This document shows positions 52,437 through 64,000 of a stretch of 64,000 nt of DNA, piece by piece. The DNA comes from Squalus acanthias. Taxonomy: Eukaryota. The notes beneath the pieces are model-generated. The model worked only from the letters and a program-made list of their open reading frames with translations, searched no databases and was not told the origin of the DNA. The translations under genes were made by a program, and so were the position numbers. The DNA is taken from contig CM059438.1 in assembly GCA_030390025.1 (NCBI GenBank), positions 65,846,001-65,910,000 of the forward strand, read 5' to 3'. Within the stretch, counting starts at the first letter, position 1. Each line of letters opens with the position of its first letter.

Positions 52437-53058
52437 GAACATAGGTAGGAACATGAGTAGGCCACTCAGCCCCTCAAACCTATTCCGCCATTCAATTAGA
52501 TCATGGCTGATCTGCATCTTAACTCCATCTACCCACCTTGGTTCTGCAACCCTTAATACCCTTGCCCTCACAGAAATCTATCAACCTCAGTTTTGAAATT
52601 TTCAATTGACCTAGCCTCCATAGCTTTTTTGGGAGAGAGTGTTCCAGATTTCCACTACACTGTGTGTGAAGAAGCGAGTCCTGAAGTCGCCCCCTTAGCG
52701 GCCGAGCTCTAATTTTAAGGTTACACCCCCACCAGAGGAAATAGTTCTTCTCTATCTACCCTAGCAAATCCTTTAATCACCTTAAATACCTCAATTAGAT
52801 CAGCCCTTAATCTTCTATACTCAAGGGAATACAAGCCTAGTCTCTGCAACCTGTCCGAATAATTTAACACTTTTAGCCCCGGTCTCATTCTGGTGAATCT
52901 ATGCTGCACCCCCGCCAAGACTTCCTGATTTGCGGTGTCCAGAACTGAAGGCAGTGCTCCAGATGGGGTCTAACCAGAGCTTTATATAACTGTAACATAA
53001 CATCCACCCCTTTGTATTCCCGGCCCCCCTTGAGGTAAAGGCCGATCATTCCATTAGC
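52437..53058 (-). mobile_element. CR1 LINE 3' fragment
   Basis: [30 protein letters not shown] in ORFs 52721-53073. Confidence 0.88.
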
Positions 53059-53304
53059 AGGCCGACATTCCATGAGAAAGATTGGCGCTAATTCTTGGCG
53101 ATCTGTTTCACATTTTAGAACTGGTTGTTAAAGGTAGGCTGGGAGCAGACATACTCTGTCACACTCCCTTCACCTGACGTCATGAATTTCCAGTTCCATA
53201 ATTTGACCCAGAATGCACAATCTCCATTCAGGATGGCACGAGAAAGACCTTTAATAGAAAATGTCTGCCAACAGGCTGCCTCCAACAGTGGTTTTAAAAC
53301 ATAA

Positions 53305-53660
53305 AACAGTTTCAAATCCTTCCATGGCCTGGCTCCTCCCTATCTCTGTGATCTCCTCCAGCCCGACAACCCTCCAAGATCTCTGCGCTGCTCCAGTTCT
53401 GGCTGCTTGCACATCCCCGATTTTAATCGCTCCACCATTGGCAGCCATGTCTTCAGCTGCCTAGGCTCCAAGCTCTGGAATTCCTTCGCTAACCCGCTCC
53501 ACCTCTCTGCCTCTCCTCCTTTAAGATGCCCCTTAAAATCTACTTCTTTGACCAAGCTTTTGGCCACCTGTCCTAAGAGCTTCTTATGTGGCTCAGTGTC
53601 AGATTTTGCTTGATAACGCTCCTTGGTAGCGCCTTAGGACATTTTACTACGTTAAGTTGT
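53305..53660 (+). mobile_element. L2-like LINE 3' end (related tails near 36780-36875 and 56990-57190 minus)
   Basis: AAGCTCTGGAATTCC...TTTGACCAAGCTTTTGG...AGCGCCTTAGGAC; translation IGSHVFSCLGSKLWNS. Confidence 0.6.
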
Positions 53661-54422
53661 AGTTTTTGCTGAGAGAGTTGAGGTATCTCTCTTTTTCTAG
53701 TTTTGATTGGTTGAAGTGTGACAATGACAGAGCCGGGAAGCAGACTGGGGAATGATATTCTGGATTGGGACGGGGTGGGGCAGGAAGGAAAGGTAGAAAT
53801 TAACTTGGGCCCAAAGAAAGTCGTCTTTATATCACAGTAAAAAATTGAAAAAGTGTGGCAAACCTTCCTTTTTATAAATGTACTGTGCAATGTTGTCAAT
53901 GACAGCAAATAGTATCATTGCGCCTCTTGAATATGCTGTCATGGTGAAGATAATGAAACTCTGCTGCCTTTCCTGCCGGTGATTCCTCTCATGAAGATAG
54001 TGGCTAGTAAGCAGCTGCGTCGCTTGGTATTCCTTGAGTTTGATGGACTTTACCAAGGAGAAATGTCAGATTAAAACGTTGTATCAAGGACGGGGGAAAT
54101 AAGGGGGCAGTGCCGCCTGCCCCCACCACTCCACCAGCCAGGATGTCCTTCTGCAGAGGGTGTTCAACAGTTGGAATGGGTTGCAAGGAAAATGTGGTTG
54201 AAGCCTGAACACTGGATTCATTTAAGAAACAGCCATCTGCTGTCGTTGGAAGATGGCAGAGTTGGTGCCCTGAAGGGTGAGATCAATTGGGCTTGAAGGG
54301 CTTTCTTTGTCCCAGACTGACTTGTGACCTGGCAAATTAGTTTGTTGTATTTTCCAATCTGAAGCAATCTTTTACCTCATCTCCATTTCTTAAACTCCAT
54401 CTTGTCTTCTCAGCAAACCAAA

Positions 54423-55149
54423 AGGTGGTTAAGAAGGCATACAGCATACTTTCCTTTATTAGCTGAGGCATAGAATATAAGAACAGGGAGGTGATGCTTG
54501 AACTGTATAAAACATGAGTTAGGCCACAGCTAGAGTACTGCATACAGCTCTGGTCACCATATTACAGGAAAGATGTGATTGCACTAGAGAGGGTACAGAG
54601 GAGATTTACGAGGATGTTGCCAGGACTGGAGAATTTTAGCTATGAGGAAAGATTGGATAGACTGGGGTTGTCTTCTTTAGAACAGAGGAGGCTGAGGGGA
54701 GACTTTATCGAGGGTATAACATTATGAGGGGCCTAGATAGAGTGGATGGGAAGGACCTATTTCCCTTAGCAGAGAGGTCAATAACTAGGGGGTATAGATT
54801 TAAAGTAAAAACAGAAAATGCTGGAGACACTCAGCAGGTCAGGCAGCATCTGTGAAGAGAGAAACAGAGTTAAACGTTTCAGGTCGAAGGATTAGAGGGG
54901 AGTTGAGAACTTTTTTCACCCAGAGGTTGGTGGGAGTCTGGAACTCACTGCCTGGAAGGGTGTTAGATGCAGAGACCCTCATCACATTTAAAAAGTACTT
55001 GGATATGCACTTGAAGTGCCGAAACCTACAGGGCTACAGACCAAGAGCTGGAAAGTGGGATTAGGCTGGATAGCTCTTTTATCAGCCGGCACAGGACACG
55101 ATGGGCCGAATGGCCTCCTTCTGTGCTGTAAATTTCTATGATTCTATGA
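54423..55149 (+). mobile_element. CR1 LINE 3' fragment with an about 80-bp Penelope family B piece inserted at 54806-54887
   Basis: CR1 3' motifs and (TTCTATGA) tail; the insert matches 36938-37018. Confidence 0.88.
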
Positions 55150-55492
55150 AAAACAATCTGTGGGCTATAAACCTATTTTCCTCCTTTTAAAATGTATGCT
55201 GTCTGTTACAAAACTGTTCACACTTTTGCGGTAGCAGCAGAGGAGAAATACACTCCTGGTCATTGTTGGTTACTGAGTTCAGCCAGACAGTCTAAAAACC
55301 CACAGACGCCAGTCTTCCACCATCAGGAAGTATTTTGTTATTATGTCTCCCCATTGATATGTTCTAGTAGTTGGAAAAATGAAACACACGATTGTCTACA
55401 GTTTTGGACACTCCATTGTAGAAACGATAAAAAGTAGTGGAAAATGTACAACCTATATTCACTCAGATGTTAGTAAGGATGAGGGGTTACAA

Positions 55493-55863
55493 TTTTCTTT
55501 TATTCGTTCATGGGATGTGGACGTCGCCAGCATTTATTGCCCATCCTTAATTGCCCTTGAGAAGGTGGTGTTGAGCAGAAGGCAGTTAAGAGTCCAACCA
55601 CATTGTTGTGGGTCTGGAGTCACATAGAGGCCAGACCGGGTAAGGACGGCAGATTTCCTTCCCTAAAGGACATTAGTGAACCAGATGGGTTTGTACAACA
55701 ATCCGGTAGTTTTATGGTTACCATTAGCTTTTTATTCCAGATTTTATTTAATTAACTGAATTTAAATTCCCCAGCTGCCGTGGTGGGATTTGAACTCATG
55801 TCTCTGGATCATTCGTCCAGGCCTCGGGATTACTAGTCCAGTAACATAATCACTATGCTACCG
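55493..55863 (-). mobile_element. tRNA-headed SINE, same family as 21274-21768, inserted into an old CR1 (about 55380-56225)
   Basis: Collinear with the 21274 copy; minus-strand head GGTAGCATAGTGATTATG...GAGTTCAAATCCC. Confidence 0.75.
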
Positions 55864-57499
55864 TAAACTATAATTATGAAGCTAGATTCGTTAAGCTAGT
55901 AATTTTATGTGAGAAGATGAAGGGGTGGTCTGATGGAGCCCTTCATGATTATGAAGGGTTATAATAAGGTAAATAGTGATCGACTGTTTCCACTGTTTGG
56001 GGAGATGGTAATGAGAGGGTGCAAATTTAAGATAATCACAAAAAGAATTGAAGGACAGGTTAGAAAAAATCTTTACACAGAGGGTGGTTAGAATATGAAA
56101 TTCTCTGCCACAAACCCTTGTTGAAGTAGAGTTCATTTGTTATTTTGAAAGAGAATTAGATCATTGGTTATAAAAGAGGAATATTAAAGGATATGGGGAG
56201 TGAGCAGGAGAGTTGAATTAGACATCCCAAAGCGCTTTACAGCCAATGAAGTACTTCTGAAGTGTAGTCACTGATGTAATGTAGGAAACACACCAGCCAG
56301 TTTCTGCAGAGCAAGGTCCCACAAACAGCAATGTGTAAGTTCTCCTGTCTTTCTAAGGGAATCATTTTAGCCTTCCCTTACCCACCACCAGCTTACTGCT
56401 CCAAAAAGAGATGGAAATTTTCAGTGCTTAACTCACACACACGCATACAATGTCCTTTGCCAAATACTCTGAGCATTGTGCTGCTGTGTGTTGACAAATC
56501 CAGCTTGTAGGATTGTGTTTTGTCAACATTAGGGAGTAGGTCACCAACAGGAGCTTCACCACTGAGCCCCAGCAGTGTAAATGGGCCAGCTCCACTCAGT
56601 CTGCCCACTGCATTGCACAGATATCCAGCTTGTTGTAGCAGCCGTATTGCACCATTGTGGGAATAGGCATAACTCTCATGTTTAAAGCAACGGTAGATTC
56701 CCCCCAACCCCTCAATTTAGTTTCAATATCCCTTCATTCTCTTGAAAAGATATTATGTCTTTGCTTATATGTTATTGTGTTTTCTACTTTGAAAAAAATT
56801 GTTCTTGAAATGCAAGTGACGGCAACAAGGCCGTATTGATTGTCCTGGTTCGAGCTCCCACTCTGGGCTCTTGGACAGCTGGAGCCAGTGGCCTGATGTG
56901 ATACTGAGTGCATCCCATCTGTCACTAGTCCACAGGCTACAATGGGCCGGGATCAGGCCACAGTTGGGCAGTAGCAACAACAACAACTGGCATTTATATA
57001 GCGCCTTTAACACAGAAAAACATCCACCGCGCTTCACAAAAGCTTATCCAGACAAAAGTGGGCATCGAGCCACAGGAGATATTACAAAGGGTGACTGAAA
57101 GTTTATTCAAAGAGGTGAGTTTTAAGGAGGGTCTTGGAGGAGGAGAAGGAAGCGGAGAGGTTTAGGAAGAGAATTCCAAAACGTAATGCAGCCGATAAAC
57201 ATGCAACTACAGTTTGCTCAGACCGACTGCGTTGTAACTGGTTGTCCTCCCGAGCAGGGTCATGTGAGTTCTGCTCTGCTAAATATTTAAAATGGATTTG
57301 GCAGACATCTGAAAATGGAATCACATATTGGCTGTTCGCCCACTAATAGTTCCAATGTAATCAGATCAGGAGTGGGCCTGCTAGGTAACTTTGCAGAGGT
57401 GACGTTAGGTGTAACAGTGGAAAAAATTGGCAAGATTAGACACAATGAGAGATGGGATTGCAGGATTTTTACACTTAATTAAAAAAATCTCATGAGGGA

Positions 57500-57727
57500 T
57501 GACGTAAGAAAACTACTTGGCACTTGGTCTAAGCGTTAAACAAAGCTTTAATCAACTGTTTTACAACACGGAGGTCTAGTTGTGTCCTTTTACTAGTTCC
57601 TGTTAAGAATGTCCTGTGGAAGCTGGGCCCGTGCCCGAGTATTTATACTCTCCCTGGACAGCGCCACCCGCAGGCCACTCAGTATTATTTCATAAGTCTT
57701 TCTTTCATGAATGACAGATTCATGTCA
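57500..57727 (-). mobile_element. Solo LTR, 228 bp, same family as 23283-23511
   Basis: TGACGT...ATGTCA ends; 5-bp TSD AGGGA (57495-57499 and 57728-57732). Confidence 0.88.
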
Positions 57728-58687
57728 AGGGAGTTCCTTGGCAGATTAAGGACTCCTTACAGTTCCAAAGATCTTCTTGACATCAGCATTTGCTATTCTG
57801 TATTTTGCAATAACTAGTGAAGGTCCAAGACTTCAGGAGGGTGGGTATAATTTGAACTTTGAGCCATGGTGTAAAATAGACAATATCGAATTGGTCGCCC
57901 ATTATGCACCACGCCCGCGTTTCCTTTCCATTGAAGTCAATGGGCGAGTGGAGTTGTAAGTGACTGGTTTGGCCACCTCTCGCCACTGCTGATGCGCTGC
58001 TTTCCTTGCTGGGTGCTGGTTCCAAAATACCCTAATTATCTTCTGTTAAAAGCCTCGTAAGCAACCCTTGGGCTCTAATTATTTCTCCAGTACTTGGTGA
58101 CATCTTCCTTTAAAAGTTTGCTTCGAATGCCTGACTTTAACATGCAATTCCTTCAAGCTGTTGCAGGCTTTTAAATTCTGCATGCAAGTTTCCGGTCCCA
58201 CCAAGGCGATCTTCCGAGTGACGTTCCTTATACCGGGAGCTTGCCCACGTGATACAAACTTTGCTGACCCTGGAAATTCTAGCAGGATTAGGCTGGTTAA
58301 TGTTCACTGCGTTGAAATCCTGATTCTCTATTTTTTGCCTGTGTTTTTGCCCGAGCACAAAACCTAGGCTCATGTGTTTTACAAAATCCAATAACCTGCA
58401 AGGTATTTGGAAGAAATGGTCTTTTGTAGACTTCCTGATACGTGGTTTGATTACTATGTCAACCTCATCGAGTTAAACTTGATAAGAAAACTTAGCCAAA
58501 AAACTATTTTCCATTATCTATCTCATCATGGGGGACTAAACTATCAATCAACAAGGATCAAGGACACAACAGGGTATAATGTGCATGGAATGGCTTGATG
58601 AGCGGATGATGTCATCACGTTCAGGTCCCGAATATTGATTAATGCGTTGGCCATGCATAATTTGATCAGCAGCTAGAACAATAAAGA

Positions 58688-59132
58688 AGGACTTGCATTT
58701 ATATAGCGTCTTTCACGACCTCAGGACATCCCAAAGTGCTTTACAGCCAATGAAGTGCATTTTGAAGTATAGTTACTGTTGTAATGTAGATAATGCGGCA
58801 GCCAATTTGCGCACAGCAAGCTCCCTCAAACAGCAATGTGATAATGACCAGATAATCTGTTTTTTTTTAGTGATGTTGGTTAAGGGATTAATGTTGGCCA
58901 GGAACTCCCCAGCTCCCCTTCAAAATAGTGTCATGGGGTCTCTTACGTCCAACAGAGAGGTCAGACGTGGCCTCGGTTTGACGTCTCATCTGAACGATGG
59001 CACCTCCGACAGTGCAGCACTCTGAGTACTGCACTGGAGTGTCAACCTAGTATTTGTACTCAAGTCTCTGGAGTGGGAGCTTGAACCCAGAACTTTCTGA
59101 GGCACAGGCGAGAGTACTACCAACTGGGCCAC
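58688..59132 (-). mobile_element. Deu-domain SINE (SacSINE1/AmnSINE1-like)
   Basis: Reverse-complement match to 45466-45890. Confidence 0.8.
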
Positions 59133-60149
59133 CACAAACAACAGGACCGTTGTATTTTAACGAGCGTATGATTCAAGGAGCCTGGTCGTGTTCTGGAGCC
59201 GAAATGTCTCGGTGCCTCCAGTTGGAAGTAGGGCAAAGAAAGTCAGCTTCGACAAAACTGTGTGACCTAAAATAAACTTTCTTGTACTCGGCACAGTATG
59301 AAAATCTTGGCTTTCATCACAGTGGCAGAGAATATTGCCTTTCCGATTATTACATTTCATTCGTCAAACATCCTTATGTTGCATTCATGTCAATTATGCC
59401 ACAATATTTGCAACTTTTCCTGCCTAAAAACAAAATGCAAGCATTCGAGTGCGGCTGAGGTGGTTTTAATGCGGGATGTGTTTGACCGCTAGTTCTTTTT
59501 TGTTTTGTTCTAAAATCATTTTTTGCATCAGTGGTTACTCCCCTGGAGATGAAATGACAAACCACATTGATGGGTGATGCCATCAGAGCCAGGCTGTTAC
59601 TGTGGAACGTTGCCAGGCTTAAAATAGCCCTGGGTTCAATGGGTCTGCGGTCACTGCATTGGCATAATGTAGTGGTTTAAAATCGACAGGCCAGCAGCTA
59701 TCCAATGATTTAAGTATCACTTAGGTTTGAAGCTCATTCAGATTCAATGCTATTTTCTTGCACACGTTTTCTTGGGTGATAGAAATCTATCTAGACCTTG
59801 TGTCTATCGGAAAGTCATATGAACGTGTATCTCTGCAATGTAGTACTGTAGGGTTGTCGAGTCTCTTCAATCAATCAGCTGGCAAAATTTAGCCAATGGC
59901 ACAATGACATCGGCTATGTTCACGGCTGTGGTGCACCATTCATCCTTCTCCTCCATGACGTCTCCACAGTGTTCAGGTCAGTCACTCCTTTCTCATCCAC
60001 TGTCTCTCGTTTGAGGCCCACCTTAGGGGGAACTGCTCTCCACTGGTTCCACTGCTATTGGTTACAGCAGAGCCGGCCTCTCTCCAACACCAGCATCTCC
60101 TCATGCCACCCTGCAGAAGTATCCTAAGGTGCTATCCTTGGTCATCTGT

Positions 60150-60999
60150 AGGGTTGTCCTCTGAGGAGAAATTGAGTACAATAGGCCTATATGCTGTGGG
60201 GTTTAGAAGAATGAGATGTGATCTCATTGAAACATATAAGATTCTGAGAGGACTTGACAGAGAGGCTGTTTCCCCGGGCTGGAAAGTCTAGAGCTAGGGG
60301 GCATAGTCTCAGGATAAGGGGTCGGCCATTTAGGATGAGGTGAAATTTCTTCACTCAGAGGGTTGTAAATCTTTGGAATTCTCTACCCCAGGGAACCGTG
60401 GAAGCTCAGTCATTGAGTATATTCAAGGCTGAGATCGATAGATTTTTGGACTCTAAGCAAATCAAGGGATATGGGGATCAGGCGGGAAAGTGGAGTTGAG
60501 ATCGAAGATCAGCCATGATCTTATTGAATGGCAGAGCAGGCTCAATGGGCCATATGGCCTACTGCAGCTCCTATTTTTTATGTTATTATGTTCTAATGTA
60601 CACAGCGCCTTGTATTCCCTCAAGTAAAGAAGATTAAGGGGTGATCTAATTGAGGTGTTTCAGATGATTAAATGATTTGATAGGGTAGACAGAGAGAAAC
60701 TATTTCCTCTGGTGGGGCGTTCAGAACAAGGGGCGTAACCTTAAAATTAGAGCTAGGGTGTTAAGGGAAGCACTTCTTCACACAAAGGTTAGTAGTAATC
60801 TGGAACTCACTTCCCAAAAAGCTGTTGAGGCTGGGGGTCAATTGAAAATGTCAAAACTGAGATTGATAGATTTCTGTTAGGCTAGGGTTATGGAACCTAG
60901 GCGGGATGATGGAGTTAAGATGCAGATCAGCCATTATCTAATTGAATGCGGGAACAGGCTCAAGGGGCTGAATGGCCTACTCCTGTTCCTATGTTCCTA
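60150..60999 (+). mobile_element. Two consecutive CR1 3' fragments (about 60150-60593 and 60615-60999)
   Basis: FRRMRCDLIETYKILRGLDR; both end in AATGGCCTACT..TATGTT-type tails. Confidence 0.85.
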
Positions 61000-61446
61000 T
61001 TATCCGGAAGACATGAGGTCAGTTTCTATATGTCTGTTGACAACACTCAGCTTTATGTCTCCAAAACCACTCTGCAGGAGTTTATGAGGCAGAGAGCTTT
61101 GCTTCTAAATGAGTGCCAGTCAGTCACTAATACTGACCAGTAAAATTAGATTGGCCCATATCAAGAGCAAAGTTTGCATAATTTATGAGTTTTGATGTTA
61201 CGAGAAGCACCAGGAAATATATAGAACTCACTGTGAAAATGGTACTCTGTTCAGTCATGTGTTTGTTGGTTTACAATTGGCTTCATCTCACTATTGTATT
61301 TATCGGTCTTCCTTCTGAAACATAGGAGAAACATGGGGGCAGACTTCTACCATTGGGCCTTGTACAGAAAAGATCTTCAGGGGGAAAAATTCAGTTGGTT
61401 AGCGCCTCCCGTTAGTGCCAGCAGCTGGCGCTAACGGGGCGCTGAT

Positions 61447-62482
61447 GTATTCCAAGAGCACTTCTCCGACCTCCAATTAAATGAGGAGCAGTGTATTAGG
61501 AGGCTCCGCTTCACCAAGGAGGTGGTCACAGAACTCTGCCACCTCCTGCAACCAGACCTCCAGCCTCAGATCAGGTCGACCACGGCTCTCTCAGTGGCAG
61601 TCAAGGTCACCGTCGCCCTCAATTTCTTCGCCAGCGAATCCTTCCAGTCTGCAACAGGAGACAGAGCTAACATCTCACAGTTTGCCATCCATCGCTGCAT
61701 CCGGGAGGTCACAGAGGCTCTCTACAGTAGGAGAAGGGACTACATTTCCTTCCCCATCACCAGAGAATGAGTGTGCATGTGGCTTTGCCAGGATAGCGGG
61801 ATTCCCCATGGTGCAGAGCGCCATTGACTGCACCCACGTGGCTTTGCAGGCACCGCATAACAATCCTGAGGTCTTCCGTAACCGCAAAGGCTACCACTCA
61901 CTTAATGTGCAGTTGGTGTGCGACCACCGACAGCTAATCCTCAGTGTCAATGCCCACTATCCTGGCAGCAGCCACGATGCCTTCGTCCTGTGCCGGACAT
62001 GTGTTCCAGCACTCTTCCAGCCACCACGTCAAGCTAGTGTCTGGCTGGTTGGAGACAAGGGCTATCCACTCTCCACCTGGCTCATGACTCCCCTCCGCAA
62101 CCCCAACACTCCTGCCCAGCACTCATATAATGAGAGCCATGCTGCCACCAGGAACATCATCGAGCAGACCATCGGGGTGCTCAAGCAATGGTTCCGCTGC
62201 CTTGACCGCACGGGAGGAGCCCTCCAGTACTCGGCTGAGCAGGTGTCCCATTTCGTGGTGGTCTGCTGCATGCTCCACAACTTGACCATCATGAGGGCCC
62301 AGCTCTTGTCACCAGGGATTGCGGGAACATCTCAGGAGGAGGAAGAGGGAGAGGAGGAGGAGGAGGAAGAGGAAGACGAGGAGGAGGAGGAGGAGGAACA
62401 GGAGCAAGGGAGAAGGCAGCCACTCAATCAGCCTTCCGGAAGGGCCGTCCGTGACCACCTCATCAGACTGCGGTTCCAATAA
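61447..62482 (+). pseudogene. Harbinger DDE transposase, N-terminally deleted, one frameshift near 61765
   Basis: AIDCTH, RKGYHSLNVQLVCD, YPGSSHDAFVL, LVGDKGYP, RNIIEQTIGVLKQWFRCL, CCMLHN; acidic poly-E tail. Confidence 0.93.
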
Positions 62483-62697
62483 ATTAAACCCCAGCTCCCC
62501 ATTGCTCGCCACATCCCCATCATTCCATCCCTGTCACAGGCCATATCACAGCACAAAGCTGAAATGAGAGACACCAGAAAAGAATCCAATCTGAATTGAT
62601 AAATGTATCAATAATCAGTGAACACATATTTACAACAACAATATTAACTATTCACTCTCATGCAATCCCTTAGTGCCTGTCGTTACACTGCCTTTGC

Positions 62698-64000
62698 CTA
62701 CTTTAGTGCTCCTACGAAGTGTTGGCCCAGTGGCTGCAGCACGGCTGGTGGAAGGCTGCTGAGTGTCCGTGTGGGAGACTTCAGATGCCTTGCAGGATGC
62801 CTTCGACCAGCTCTGGGCCTGGAAGTCCCGGGTGTAGACTGCACCACCTCAGCATGGGCAGCAGCAGTCTGGGCTGGTTGGATGACAGGCAGCGACAAGG
62901 GCAATGGCAGAGTAGCAGTGGTGGGAGCAGGAATGCTGTCATCCTGAGAGAGGACAGCAGGTTCCTGCTCCACTGACCCACTGCCACTCCCCTGGGGCAG
63001 CACCTCAGCATCACTACCAATCTGTTGCAGCACAGATTGCTGGCCTGCTGCGACACCGTGAAAGCCCCAGTCGACAGTGGTAGACCCAGCCATGATGGCA
63101 GTCGTCAAAGCTTGCATTGCATCAAGCTGAGACTGCATGAGAGCAGTCTGAGATTGGATGCCACCAAGCATAGACTGCATTACAGCATGAAGACGTTGCG
63201 TCGCTTCCACCTGTGCTGCAATGGAAGCTGCCAGATCGCCCATCACACGCAGCATCAGGTCTGGGTCGCCACGGTCTCTCTGGGAGTCTACCATCCTTTG
63301 CAGACTGGAAATGATGGGCTCCATGGTGTGCGCCTTGTGCAGTCTTGGAGGCGGACTCTGCCACGCGCCTTGTCATTGCCGAGAGGCTCTTGGGCACCCT
63401 TGCCATTGCACCTATCATCTCCGTGTGCATGCCCATCACCTTTCTTCTAAACGCCTCCTCACCGAGGTCCTCATCTGAGTCCTGTGCAGCAGAACTCGCC
63501 CTCCAGGGATTTGGCCACCCGTTACCCCTGGCCTTGCTGCAGCCCACTCTTCCCCAGTGCCTCACTCTGTGCAGATCCCGCTACTATACTAGCCTCTAAA
63601 GACCTGCGTAGTGCCAGTATCTGAGCTGGTGCCTGCAGGTGAGACATACAGTGACGCGGTGTGTTCTTCCTCCTCCTCTTCTCCCGCCTCGCTCTCTATG
63701 GTGTCCTCAGGGACAGTCTGTTCAGATGCTTGCTCATTATCTGAAAGCATAAAGGCACAAGTGTCGGGTTAAGTTGAGGGGAGGGGGGCAGGAGGGAGAA
63801 ATGCATGCATACAGCACGATTAGCTGGAAAGTGCAAAAGGCTTGTGGGGTGAGGGGGAAGTGAGATGTGAGAAAAAGGAGTTGGGATGAACATACCGTTG
63901 TTGTCCCCAAGGGGGTCAATGTCTCTGGTGGCCATGGCGCCCACCACCTGGCGCCCAATGACTTGCAGCACTCTTTCCTCCAGCTCAGACAGTGATTGGG
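62698..64000 (-). pseudogene. Harbinger second ORF (putative Myb/SANT-like DNA-binding protein, C-terminal part), frameshifted, with candidate intron 63741-63895
   Basis: LSELEERVLQVIG at the window edge resembles the segment following Myb/SANT-like domains; GTATG donor and TTTCAG acceptor; ORFs 63122-63565 and 62698-63324; the domain itself is not in the window. Confidence 0.65.

Larger units (their letters stand above)
61380..64000. mobile_element. Two-gene PIF/Harbinger transposon (copy 2), right end outside the window
   Basis: Left terminus GGGGGAAAAATTCAGTTGGTTAGCGCC after TCA; convergent transposase and second ORF. Confidence 0.9.

Noticed and set aside
61481..62482. Domesticated host gene HARBI1
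   Set aside because: It has a transposon terminus, a second copy in the window, a frameshift and a partner ORF, so it is a transposon copy

Overview
Eukaryotic, repeat-rich DNA, most consistent with a cartilaginous fish (shark-like); this is inferred from the mix of CR1 LINEs, Deu-domain SINEs, PIF/Harbinger transposons and Penelope-like elements. No intact host protein-coding gene can be recognised. Bases 1-12.5 kb are a 15-bp satellite (CAATCATCAACACTC with an A variant). A nested mobile-element block (12.5-19.9 kb) separates it from a short, more diverged remnant of the same satellite. That block holds a Harbinger transposase split by a CR1, a retrovirus-like pol fragment with a degenerate plus a second RNase H, an antisense CR1, and two further insertions inside that CR1. 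The rest of the window contains: many CR1/L2/SINE fragments; three Penelope-like insertions carrying minimal type I hammerhead ribozyme motifs; two 228-229 bp solo LTRs and one 1.65 kb solo LTR, all with exact TSDs; several Harbinger-type MITEs; a TE-poor CpG-island-like region with a GC-skew flip (about 46-52 kb), probably the promoter of an unidentified gene; and a two-gene Harbinger element running off the right end. The long ORFs in the ORF track are satellite artefacts. The most notable items are the dual-RNase-H pol fragment, the hammerhead-bearing Penelope hairpins and the MITE/Harbinger pair. These fit known element classes, so any novelty would be at family level, not a demonstrated new system.
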